Shown piece by piece: positions 41,072-49,999 of a DNA stretch of 64,000 nt. Both the position numbers and the translations under genes were made by a program. The DNA is taken from the NCBI GenBank assembly GCA_046483585.1, contig JAWOCV010000117.1:17686-81685 (forward strand), in the 5' to 3' direction. Source of the stretch: Marinilabilia sp. Lineage in GTDB: Bacteria; Bacteroidota; Bacteroidia; Bacteroidales; Marinilabiliaceae. Below the pieces are notes generated by a model that searched no databases, was not told where the DNA came from, and saw only the letters and a list, made by a program, of their open reading frames with translations. Within the stretch, counting starts at the first letter, position 1; each line of letters opens with the position of its first letter.

Positions 41072-42499
41072 TTATTCTTGTTTTGGATCGATAACTGTTA
41101 TTTCACGGAAAAAACAGACTTCCTGCCCGTCATCTAAAACAGAAGCACAGGTCACTTTATAGTCTCCCGGTTCTTGATAAATATAAGAAATATTTTGGCC
41201 GATCCTTGATTCCCCGTTATCAAAATCCCAAAAGAATACCGGATTTTCCGGAACTTCTTCATAGCCACTAAATTCTGCCATCATTTGGATCTTTTCCCCT
41301 GTGGTGATGGTATCCGGTAATTCGAACCAAATTTGTCTGGAAGGCTTTAGTTCAAGATCATATGATGCCACCGATGAAAGTTCTTCATTTGTAAGCGTAT
41401 CAACAACATGCAGGGTCACTTCGTAGTTGCCGGGTCCGGGAAAGCAATGGTCCACTTTCAGGCCTGTAGCCGATTCTCCGTCACCAAAATCCCAACGGTA
41501 AATCTGAGGAAGGGTATCCGTGCGGGCTGGTCCGTCTTCGAAGAAGGTGAAGCATAAATTATCGGCTTTTACTTCAGAGGGTTCGCTGCATGCAATTTCG
41601 GGGAAGCGAAATTCATATATCTCATCATCTCCGGATCTGTCGGAAGCGAAATACCCCCATTTTTCGTTGTCGGCAATGAATGAAGAGAAGTCGTTTGAAT
41701 TGGAATTGATAGGTGGAGGCAGTGGAACCGGTTTTGTTTCCGGGGTATCCCATTCGGTGTAATAGATGCAGAATTCGCCCGGACCTTCGTGTCCGTCTGA
41801 GGTAAAAAAAAGTTTCCCTGAAGGATGAATAAATGGAAAAAGTTCTTTGCCCGGTGTGTTTATCTGAGGTCCGAGATTTTCGGGGTCGCTCCATTCCCCA
41901 CCCAGCCGGCGAGATACGTATATATCGGTGTTTCCGTGTCCGTCATCCATATCGGATACAAAAAAAAGGAAACGACCATCTTCTGATATCGATGGATGAC
42001 CGGCAGAATACCCTTCCGGTATGTTCAGCGGCAACTTTTCGTATTGTCTCCAGCCTTTGTTCTCTTTTCTGGCAGAGAAGAGCCCCAGCAGGTTATTGTT
42101 GTCGGGTGGTTTGCTGCGACGATAACTGTCGCTAAGGTTGTGGGTCGCGATCAGGGTGGCTCCGTTGGAAGAAAAAGTCAGGGGACCGGCATTGAACCTT
42201 GGCTGACCCGGTGGCGAAAAAAGTTTCGGTTTTTTGAAAGTTCCATCCGGTTTCAGGGGAGCACGGAATATCCGGTAAAGCAACTCTTCATCCTGGTCCA
42301 GGTAGGTGACCAGGATGTTGGTCCGCCGGTTGGACAGGAAATAGAGTACCGAATCCTTGAGGACGGGCGCCATTTCACTGTTCCCGGGGGTGTTGATCTC
42401 CAGTTTACGCACCTCGATCTCCTGTCCCCGGAGCTGACCTCCGAGTAATGGTAAAAGTAAGATGAATATGAGGAGTGTATGTGTCCGGATCATGATCAT
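41072..42499 (-). CDS. PD40 (WD40-like) propeller plus PKD domain protein, PorE-like but without TPR/OmpA
   Basis: HPSISEDGRFLFFVSD..G.GNTDIY, NLGPQINTPGKELFPF and PPPINSNSNDF repeats; WDFGDG and WDFDNG PKD motifs. Confidence 0.8.
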   Translation of the reverse strand: MIMIRTHTLLIFILLLPLLGGQLRGQEIEVRKLEINTPGNSEMAPVLKDSVLYFLSNRRTNILVTYLDQDEELLYRIFRAPLKPDGTFKKPKLFSPPGQPRFNAGPLTFSSNGATLIATHNLSDSYRRSKPPDNNNLLGLFSARKENKGWRQYEKLPLNIPEGYSAGHPSISEDGRFLFFVSDMDDGHGNTDIYVSRRLGGEWSDPENLGPQINTPGKELFPFIHPSGKLFFTSDGHEGPGEFCIYYTEWDTPETKPVPLPPPINSNSNDFSSFIADNEKWGYFASDRSGDDEIYEFRFPEIACSEPSEVKADNLCFTFFEDGPARTDTLPQIYRWDFGDGESATGLKVDHCFPGPGNYEVTLHVVDTLTNEELSSVASYDLELKPSRQIWFELPDTITTGEKIQMMAEFSGYEEVPENPVFFWDFDNGESRIGQNISYIYQEPGDYKVTCASVLDDGQEVCFFREITVIDPKQE

Positions 42500-42504
42500 C
42501 TGAT

Positions 42505-43416
42505 TTAAAAGAATTTGGGGCTTGGTGTTTTTATTTGATATCCGAAATCGTATTGAAGAGATATTTCATGACTTCCGCGATTAAAACTTCCGATATCTCC
42601 CAGGGAGTAATCATAAGAATAGGCCATCCTGAGTTGCGGTAAAATCTGCCATCCGGTATGAAATATCAGTTCATCGCGTGTTCGGTAGGTGAGGCCCCCC
42701 CATATCATTTCATTGTAGATTACGGTGGCCGAAATATCTGACCACGAACCGGTGTTCTGATTGATCTTTACCAAAAAAGAAGGTTGCAGCATAATATCGG
42801 GGGAGAGATCAAACAGGTGTCCGCCGGTGATCAGGTAATCGATCTTTTGGAGGTCAAGATCGGTTCCGGACATGTGATTGAGATCATGGTAAAAAAACTC
42901 GGGAACGGAGATCCCTCCGAAAAACCGGTTGTTGTAAATGCTCCATCCGAAGCCGGCCTGGGGACCCATGGAAGATTCATTGCCGCCGAATATTTCATCG
43001 TTCTGGTTCTCCAGGGTGACGTTGTTCCAGTTAATGGCATAGTTGGAGAATCCCCCCGAAATGCTGAATCCCATCCATGCATAGGGAGTCACTCTCACCC
43101 GGTAGGTATAAGAGAGGGAAGCGCCGAAATTATTCTTGATGGCCAGGGATTCGTTGAACATTTGAAGACCAAGAGCCATGTTCTGATTCTTCAAGGGAGT
43201 ATGTCCTGTGAAGTATTGTAATTGAGGGGACTGTGGCATGCCTGCCCATTGTTGCCTGAAAGATCCGAAAAGACTTAAAGCCTCTCTTGATCCGGCGAAA
43301 GAACTGTTAACGGCAAATCTGTTGTGCATGTACTGACTCAGAGTCATGGCCCGTTGACCTGAAGCCCAGGCTGTTGTTAGGAAAAGTATTAGTATGACGG
43401 ATATACCGATTTTCAT
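42505..43416 (-). CDS. PorP/SprF family T9SS outer-membrane protein
   Basis: SQYMHN...N..FAG, RQQWAG...P, GYSYDY-like AYSYDY...GSHEISL motifs. Start at ATG 43416. Confidence 0.92.
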   Translation of the reverse strand: MKIGISVILILFLTTAWASGQRAMTLSQYMHNRFAVNSSFAGSREALSLFGSFRQQWAGMPQSPQLQYFTGHTPLKNQNMALGLQMFNESLAIKNNFGASLSYTYRVRVTPYAWMGFSISGGFSNYAINWNNVTLENQNDEIFGGNESSMGPQAGFGWSIYNNRFFGGISVPEFFYHDLNHMSGTDLDLQKIDYLITGGHLFDLSPDIMLQPSFLVKINQNTGSWSDISATVIYNEMIWGGLTYRTRDELIFHTGWQILPQLRMAYSYDYSLGDIGSFNRGSHEISLQYDFGYQIKTPSPKFF

Positions 43417-43426
43417 AGGCCCCTGA

Positions 43427-45658
43427 TTAATTTCGTTTGATGACAAGATAATCTCTGACAGTATCAATTCCCTCTCCCTTGAAGATGAAATAATAAATGC
43501 CCTCTTTCACCTCAGAGCCATCCATCCTTTTGCCGTCCCATGCATTTTCTTCCCCGAGATTTTTCCGGCGATAGATCACTTGTCCGTTTTGGTCAAAGAT
43601 GATCAGTTCATTGTTGGGGATGGTATGGGCTCCTTTTATCCTGAAGTGGTCATTGATACCGTCATTGTTGGGCGACATGCCTGTGTGATAAGTGAGATCA
43701 TTAACTGTGATGGTTAAGGTGTCGGTCATGGGCGGGCAAACACCATTGATCACGGTCCATTCCAGAATGGTCTCACCGTGTTTCAATCCGCTTATTTCAG
43801 TGTTGGGATTAGTGGGGTCTGAAACCGATGCCTGGCCTGACTGCAGCCTCCAGTTTCCTTCCCCTGCCACGGGTTCTTTGGCATTCAGCGAAGCTTTATA
43901 TTGATGATAAAGTGTTTTGTCATCACCGGCTTCGGGTTCGGGTAACCGGTCAAAGCGGATTGATACCTGGTCCTCGGCGGTACATAAACCATTGGTTTCT
44001 CTCCATGTGAGCATATATTCGCCGAAGACCGGAGAACTGTGGTCGGTGGCTTCAAAGTTGCTTTCGGGATTGGATGGGTCGGAGAAAACGCCGTTGTCTG
44101 ACTGCCACTCACCACTTTCGGCGATGTCAGACATGACGGCTTCCAGGGTGATCTCATGATCGCAGACGGCTGTGTCCTTCCCTGCAAATGGTTCCGGCAT
44201 TCTGTCTACCGTGAGCGATAGTTCTTCATTGTTTTCGCTGGAGCAGCCATGTTGGTCAATAATTGAGAAGTTGCTGTACAAGGTTGAGGTTTCCGGTGCC
44301 ACAACCAGCGCTGAAGAAGCGCTTTCAAATTCAGAAGATCCGGGTTCTCCGTTGCTTTCATATTCGATGGTCCATGGTCCGTTGTTTTCAGTGATCTCAA
44401 ATTCAAATGAGGTCTCATCTCCCTGGCAGATGGTATCCCTGTTTTTTTGAAAGGTTAATGTCGGGGGCGAAATAAAGGTGATCTCCACATCATCGGAATT
44501 TTCGCAACCGTTATTGTTTTCAGTCCATGTAAGCACATAATCGCCGGCGTTTTCGGCAGTGACCGGGCTTTCGGGATCAGCGGGATCAGAGATGGTCACG
44601 TCTTCTGCGGAAGTACTCCATTCACCGGTTCCTTTGTCGGGGACGGCTTCAAGATGAGCATCCATGCCGCAAATCGTTTGGTCCTCACCTGTGTATGTAT
44701 CGGGTTCGTTGTCAACAACTGTTGCTTCCGCTGAGATGTCATCTTCCCGCGCAAGGCAACCGTTGTTATCCCGGAGCCACTCCAGGGAGAAGGTCGTCTC
44801 CCCGTTGACTTCAGTGGTTTCATTCGTTGTTTCTGATGATGAGCTGTTTTCAATGACCACGGAAGAGCCGTCGGATATGCCGTAATCCCATGGACCGTCC
44901 CCTGAGAGGGAAAGTTCGAGGGTTACTTCCTGGGATTCGGTGCCGCAAACTTCGGAAGAGGTGGTGATGTTACCGGACGGGGCTCCGATCAGATTCACTT
45001 CTGTTTGGTCCGAAGCCAGACAAGCTCCATTTTCCTGAGTAAAAACCAGCGAATATACACCAATGGATGATGCTTCAAATGTGGCATTGATGTCTTCTGT
45101 GTCAGAGATGGTTCCTTCGTCGGGTGTTTCCCAGTAAAAGTCGTCAGAAATGGGATCTGGTGAAGCATCAAGAACGGCGGCCAGGCCACATGAATCAATG
45201 GGATCTCCTGCGTCGGGTGAAGGCATGGCCCAGTTGGTAACAGTGGTTTCCTGGTCGGTAATATCCTCCCCGGTGCCCTGTACCCATTTTCCATCATTTA
45301 GGTCTCCGTGATTCTTGTCGAATACTTCAGTGAGCTCTATAGTGCCGGTGTTGCTTTGGGTGTCCTCAACATCGAGGGTAATGGTGAAGTTGTTTGTCCA
45401 GACATTATCCCCTGAAAGATCCTCAGTTTGAATGGGCTCATTTACAAGGGTGGTTCCTTTTGGTGTTTTATAGGTCAGGCCGAACGGAGCTTCCCCATAA
45501 AACCGGATTTCCAGTTCATAGGAAACGTCGCCTGTCTGTTCACAATAATCTTCGTGGGTATTGAGTATTTCGGCATAAGGCTCTTCTGTCTGGGCTACCA
45601 GCCCTGAGGGCATTAGCAAAATGATGAAAAAGAAATATTTCACGTTTGATCGACTCAT
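43427..45658 (-). CDS. T9SS type-B CTD (gliding-motility-associated C-terminal domain) surface protein with Ig/PKD-like repeats
   Basis: C-terminal SPNNDGINDHF...IFDQNGQVIY...WDG...GIYYF; repeated P.AG.D..C...W..NG.C units. Start at ATG 45658. Confidence 0.88.
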   Translation of the reverse strand: MSRSNVKYFFFIILLMPSGLVAQTEEPYAEILNTHEDYCEQTGDVSYELEIRFYGEAPFGLTYKTPKGTTLVNEPIQTEDLSGDNVWTNNFTITLDVEDTQSNTGTIELTEVFDKNHGDLNDGKWVQGTGEDITDQETTVTNWAMPSPDAGDPIDSCGLAAVLDASPDPISDDFYWETPDEGTISDTEDINATFEASSIGVYSLVFTQENGACLASDQTEVNLIGAPSGNITTSSEVCGTESQEVTLELSLSGDGPWDYGISDGSSVVIENSSSSETTNETTEVNGETTFSLEWLRDNNGCLAREDDISAEATVVDNEPDTYTGEDQTICGMDAHLEAVPDKGTGEWSTSAEDVTISDPADPESPVTAENAGDYVLTWTENNNGCENSDDVEITFISPPTLTFQKNRDTICQGDETSFEFEITENNGPWTIEYESNGEPGSSEFESASSALVVAPETSTLYSNFSIIDQHGCSSENNEELSLTVDRMPEPFAGKDTAVCDHEITLEAVMSDIAESGEWQSDNGVFSDPSNPESNFEATDHSSPVFGEYMLTWRETNGLCTAEDQVSIRFDRLPEPEAGDDKTLYHQYKASLNAKEPVAGEGNWRLQSGQASVSDPTNPNTEISGLKHGETILEWTVINGVCPPMTDTLTITVNDLTYHTGMSPNNDGINDHFRIKGAHTIPNNELIIFDQNGQVIYRRKNLGEENAWDGKRMDGSEVKEGIYYFIFKGEGIDTVRDYLVIKRN

Positions 45659-45862
45659 TGGCTGGCAAATATTTCGATGAATATAAGGATATGTTGCTGA
45701 TTTCAATCCTTTCCTTTACAAACCTAATAAAAACCCATTGTAAAATGTAATGGTTTTGATCTGTTAAATGTAAATTTAGTAAATAAAAACGGATGGTTCA
45801 TCAAAAAATTGCCGGAAGTATTTGATTTTTGCCCTTTTGTGAGGTCTTGTCTGCAGGTAATG

Positions 45863-46378
45863 TTAAAATTTATCGATAAGGGGCAATATCTTGTTTAGTG
45901 CTTTCACGAGCCCGTGTGATGATAATGTGGCCCCGCTTATCCCGTCGACATGGTCCCCTATCTGTATGGGCTCAGCCGCGGTTAAACCTTTAAAGTCTCT
46001 CAGCCACCGTTTGGAAGTGATCTGATATCCGTGGGAAGAACGGTATTTGATTATTTCTATGTGTTTAATTTCCTTTTGCTTGTTGAAGAGTACCATGAAA
46101 TCGAAGTATTCGCGCCTTCCTTTTGCTTTGGCAATGACTCCCCAGCCGGCCGGTTTGTTTTTTTCTTCTGACACTATTTTTACGATGCATATTTCCTTGT
46201 CCTCGTTGCCGGTCCGGGTTGTTTCCCAGGTTTCTCCGGGAGGTTGGTCAAAGTTTTTTTCAATGGCTTTGTCAAGCGCTTTCTTGTTTCTCTGTGTGAG
46301 CAGATCATTTTGTGAAGATATGTTGGTGACCGTGGTGAAGGTCGTTACCAACAGAAGAAGAATGCATTTATTTATCAT
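45863..46378 (-). CDS. Exported FMN-binding domain protein (flavinylation motif)
   Basis: Signal peptide, YRSSHGYQI..WLRDF, VDGISGATLSS ([ST]GA[ST]). Confidence 0.88.
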   Translation of the reverse strand: MINKCILLLLVTTFTTVTNISSQNDLLTQRNKKALDKAIEKNFDQPPGETWETTRTGNEDKEICIVKIVSEEKNKPAGWGVIAKAKGRREYFDFMVLFNKQKEIKHIEIIKYRSSHGYQITSKRWLRDFKGLTAAEPIQIGDHVDGISGATLSSHGLVKALNKILPLIDKF

Positions 46379-46482
46379 AGTTTTGATCTTTTGTCACCAA
46401 ATTGATGAGTTCCATCGGGAATTTCCTTGATGAAGGGTTGTATTGAGAATGAACTCATTTATAGTTGCTTGATTTAACTGAG

Positions 46483-46520
46483 AAAACGCTCAATCGGTTT
46501 GTCGTAACCGAGAGAGCGTT
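46483..46520 (-). terminator. Terminator downstream of porin gene
   Basis: Minus strand AACGCTCTCTCGGTT..AACCGATTGAGCGTT followed by TT. Confidence 0.65.
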
Positions 46521-46542
46521 GGTTCATTTGTTTTTGGCGGCT

Positions 46543-47724
46543 TCAGAACCAAAATCCGATGCCCATATTGAATATTTTTTGATCGTTTCCTGAACTTTCG
46601 GGTCTTATCCATTGCATATCTGCCTTCCACACCACTCCTGGTGCAAGGGTGTATCCTATTCCTGCAAAAAATTCACTGACGTTGTAATCATCATTTTTTT
46701 CTATACCGCTGGTTTTGTGGTGCAGGTCATATTTTTCGTAACGGAGAAAAGGGGTGATTTTTTGTCCGCTGTTATTGATGTTGATATTGTAGGCACTTTC
46801 CAGATACCAGCCGAGGGTACCTTTTCCCAGATCGCTTCCGGTAAATGCATTGTATGCCCCTGTATTGCCTATTTTGTTGTAAATTAACTGCCCGCGTGAC
46901 CTGAAGTTTCCTTTCGACAAGCGATAATCGACTCCGATCATGTTGATATTAACTCTGGAGGAGTCCGCCTGATCCTGAGCGTATTCATCGGAGGTATCCA
47001 GGTTATCGAAAAGGGTTGACTGGGTTTGGCCGAGATAGGTGGACAATCCCAGCTGAAGTCCGGGGATCCCGAAATAGTTGACCCTGGCTGATAAATTGGG
47101 AGTTGAGATAAATGAGGAGGCTCCTTTTTGGCGTCCGCTTCTTATGCCACTTCCGCCACCGAGGACTCCTTCCCCGTCGTAGCTGTTAAATCCGTTCATG
47201 ATATAGGCCTGGTAATTGATTGAGGCACCTGTGAGCGTGCCCGTCAGGCCAGCTCCTATTTCGCGCCATGTGGTCGGAACCACTTTGCTGTCGATGGTTG
47301 GACGTTCAACACCGTTGAAAGTGGTGGGTTCATGAAATTCGTTGATGATTCCCATGGGTACCAGTACCAATCCTCCAACAAGATTCAGACCGGGGACCAG
47401 GCGGTGTTCGATGAAAGCTTGTTCAATATAAACCTCGGTGACGTGTTCGTATTCAATCTCGGTCACCATTGAAGTTTTGGGTGAGAAGCTGTAACCAAAA
47501 AGCATGACAAGCCTGTGTACATCGAGTTTTCCGTTTTGACGGAGACCACTGTTTAAAGGCTGGTTGTAATCTATCTGGCCATATCCTCCGATCACGAGAT
47601 TTTGTTCCTGTAATTGCTCGAGCAGATTGCCTGCTGCATTGGCTGAGCTTTCGGTTTGGGCTGATGCTGTTTGAACAGAAAATGCCATTAAAATGGCCAT
47701 AATTGATAATTGAAATTGTTTCAT
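46543..47724 (-). CDS. Outer-membrane porin-like beta-barrel
   Basis: Signal peptide, GGYGQIDYN..DVHRLVMLFGY..EIEYEH..EQAF, and terminal aromatic GIGFWF. Confidence 0.75.
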   Translation of the reverse strand: MKQFQLSIMAILMAFSVQTASAQTESSANAAGNLLEQLQEQNLVIGGYGQIDYNQPLNSGLRQNGKLDVHRLVMLFGYSFSPKTSMVTEIEYEHVTEVYIEQAFIEHRLVPGLNLVGGLVLVPMGIINEFHEPTTFNGVERPTIDSKVVPTTWREIGAGLTGTLTGASINYQAYIMNGFNSYDGEGVLGGGSGIRSGRQKGASSFISTPNLSARVNYFGIPGLQLGLSTYLGQTQSTLFDNLDTSDEYAQDQADSSRVNINMIGVDYRLSKGNFRSRGQLIYNKIGNTGAYNAFTGSDLGKGTLGWYLESAYNININNSGQKITPFLRYEKYDLHHKTSGIEKNDDYNVSEFFAGIGYTLAPGVVWKADMQWIRPESSGNDQKIFNMGIGFWF

Positions 47725-47810
47725 CACAAGTGTTTTTATTTGGTTGTCATTCAGAGGACAAAAATGTCCTTTTAGGTTGTGATGAACAATCGCCTATTAT
47801 GGGGATTTTG

Positions 47811-47825
47811 GCATAATCTGTGCCC
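47811..47825 (-). promoter_or_regulatory. Candidate sigma54 (-24/-12) promoter for porin gene
   Basis: Minus strand GGGCACA-GATT-ATGC with canonical GG/GC spacing. Confidence 0.35.
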
Positions 47826-47913
47826 TTTATTAAGAGTCTGTAGCAGAGGGATTTGGTGGGTGTCTGATGTTAGGAGAAAACCGTTTCTCCCTTTTTATGG
47901 TGATAAAAGCCGG

Positions 47914-49386
47914 TTACTTGCCGAAGATCGATTCCTCTTCTCCGCTTTGTTGTTGCTGTTGTTTTCGTTCATATTTGCGGAATTGCTCCACAAAATTATC
48001 ATGAAAATTCTCATCCGGTGTAGGGGCGGGTGACAAAACCAGATTTCCCTCGGGATTGATGAGGTAATAAAGCGGAACGGCTTCGACATTATAATTTTTC
48101 AATATGTTGGCATCCATACCAAAATAGAGGAAATCCCAGTCCATATTTCGTCTGTTCTCGACAAAGCGGGCTGCCTGGTCATAATCTTCATCGAGGATGA
48201 TGGTGACAACTTCCAGGTCTTCCCCGAATTTATCCAGAATGCGGGGAATGCGGTTCAAATGGCTGCGACAGGCATGATTTTCGGTGTGAACGAAATTAAG
48301 ATAAACGAATTTTCCTTCATAATCATCCAGGGAACGCGTCTCTCCTGAGAAAGAAAGCATATTAAAATCCGGAGCCTCTGTTCCCTGGCGAAGGGCGTTA
48401 AAGCGTTCGTGTATGGTGGAAGCCATTTCACGGACTTCCGGGGTAGCTGCCTCGGAAGAGGTTGCTTTAAGCCATTTCAGGACTTTTTTTCTCTCGATGA
48501 GCTTTTCATGATATGCTTCGTATAAACCCCATACAGCAAGGGATTCGGCAAGATCAACCGACTGGTAAAGGGTGTCTTGTTGAATGGCGTTGATCATTTT
48601 TTGGTAACTGACAGAGCTCCCCATTCCGTCTTTATTGAACAATTTTCGTCCAAAACCGCTGAATACATCTTTGAAAGCTTCCCAGTAGGCTGGCATTTTG
48701 AACATGACCGGTTTATCCGAGAAATACCGGCCGATGATGTCTTTGTTAATGTTCCGGCTTGGAAGCATAGCCAGTTTTGCAAACCGGAAATGTTGGTGGT
48801 CATGGAAAAAATCATGATCACTCGGAAAACCGGACTTGAGTGTGTCAATAATTTCAGAGGCAAGAGACTGATTGCGGGAAGTGATCAATTCGGCGGCATT
48901 TTTGTCTATTTGTTCATTAAAAGCCTCATCGAAATCCCGGATCAAAGGATTAAGGCTCTTTTGGCTTTCGTTGGCAATGCCCAGGAGAATGTCTTCCGGT
49001 TCAAAGAAAGGATTCAACCTTTCGGCCTGCGATAATTCTTCATTGGGTGGCAACTTCAGATGATATTCATGTCCCGGTTCCAGATATATAAAACCCCTGA
49101 AACGCCCCATATCAGCAAAAGCATAAGTGATATGGTCCAGCTTGCGGGAGATATCGAATGTCCCGTTTTCATCAAGTTCTATGGTGAAGAGCGGCTCCTG
49201 CTCGTAATTGATAAAATTCCGGTAATTTTCGAAAACGATCTCATAGTTGCTGTATTCTGAAGCCTGGCCAAATATGCGGACACTGTCTTCTTGTGAAAAC
49301 AGCAACACCGGGTTGAGTGTAAGGGCTGACAGAAGAAAAAATATCCTTAAGAATGTTTTTTCGAAATTGTGGATCATTGGTGTCAT
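47914..49386 (-). CDS. Exported protein with C-terminal TlpA/redoxin-like thioredoxin domain (single Cys)
   Basis: GTEAPDF....SLDDYEGKFVYLNF, NHAC in place of CxxC, YNVEAVPLYYLINPEG. Confidence 0.75.
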   Translation of the reverse strand: MTPMIHNFEKTFLRIFFLLSALTLNPVLLFSQEDSVRIFGQASEYSNYEIVFENYRNFINYEQEPLFTIELDENGTFDISRKLDHITYAFADMGRFRGFIYLEPGHEYHLKLPPNEELSQAERLNPFFEPEDILLGIANESQKSLNPLIRDFDEAFNEQIDKNAAELITSRNQSLASEIIDTLKSGFPSDHDFFHDHQHFRFAKLAMLPSRNINKDIIGRYFSDKPVMFKMPAYWEAFKDVFSGFGRKLFNKDGMGSSVSYQKMINAIQQDTLYQSVDLAESLAVWGLYEAYHEKLIERKKVLKWLKATSSEAATPEVREMASTIHERFNALRQGTEAPDFNMLSFSGETRSLDDYEGKFVYLNFVHTENHACRSHLNRIPRILDKFGEDLEVVTIILDEDYDQAARFVENRRNMDWDFLYFGMDANILKNYNVEAVPLYYLINPEGNLVLSPAPTPDENFHDNFVEQFRKYERKQQQQQSGEEESIFGK

Positions 49387-49416
49387 CTTAGTGCATAGTA
49401 TGAATTAATCAGGCTG

Positions 49417-49431
49417 GCATGAACCGTGCCA
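49417..49431 (-). promoter_or_regulatory. Candidate sigma54 (-24/-12) promoter for TlpA-like gene
   Basis: Minus strand TGGCACG-GTTC-ATGC; consensus is TGGCACG-N4-TTGC. Confidence 0.5.
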
Positions 49432-49433
49432 AA

Positions 49434-49916
49434 TTATTTTTCACGACTAACGCGGGCCACCTGTATTTTGATCTGGTCGGGAATAAATCGTGAAGCATCG
49501 CCTCCATGCTTGAGGATATCTCTGACGATGGATGAATTGACCGGTGTGTGCTCCGGGGAAGTCAACAGGAATACTGTGTCAATACCCGACATGGCCTTAT
49601 TCACCTGGGCAATGGCGCGCTCGTATTCAAAGTCGGCGGCGGTTCTTATGCCCCGCAGGATAAAGTTGGCTCCGGTCTCTTTGGCAAAGTCGACCGTCAG
49701 ACCTTCATAGGTGACAACTTCAATGCGGGATTCTCCCGCAAAGACAGATCCTATCCATTCACTCCGCTGCTTTACGGGGAAAAAGTCCTTTTTATTGGTA
49801 TTGAAACCAATGGCAATGTAAATTTTATCGAACAGATTCAGTCCCCGGCGCACAATATCTTCATGGCCAACGGTGAAAGGATCGAAAGATCCGGGAAATA
49901 GTGCTGTTTTCTGCAT
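49434..49916 (-). CDS. coaD: Phosphopantetheine adenylyltransferase
   Basis: PGSFDPFTVGH, ILRGIR...DFEYE, NSSIVRDI. Confidence 0.97.
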   Translation of the reverse strand: MQKTALFPGSFDPFTVGHEDIVRRGLNLFDKIYIAIGFNTNKKDFFPVKQRSEWIGSVFAGESRIEVVTYEGLTVDFAKETGANFILRGIRTAADFEYERAIAQVNKAMSGIDTVFLLTSPEHTPVNSSIVRDILKHGGDASRFIPDQIKIQVARVSREK

Positions 49917-49999
49917 GCCTGCCCTTTTTTATGAAGATGTAAAAATCAAAAAAATTACCCAGACCACCAATCTGTGGTGTTTGTTTTTGTTCTCGGAAG

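Noticed and set aside
41066-41072. Frameshift splitting a single PorE-like gene
   Set aside because: The downstream ORF has its own signal peptide and start, and carries no OmpA motif, so two genes is the simpler reading.
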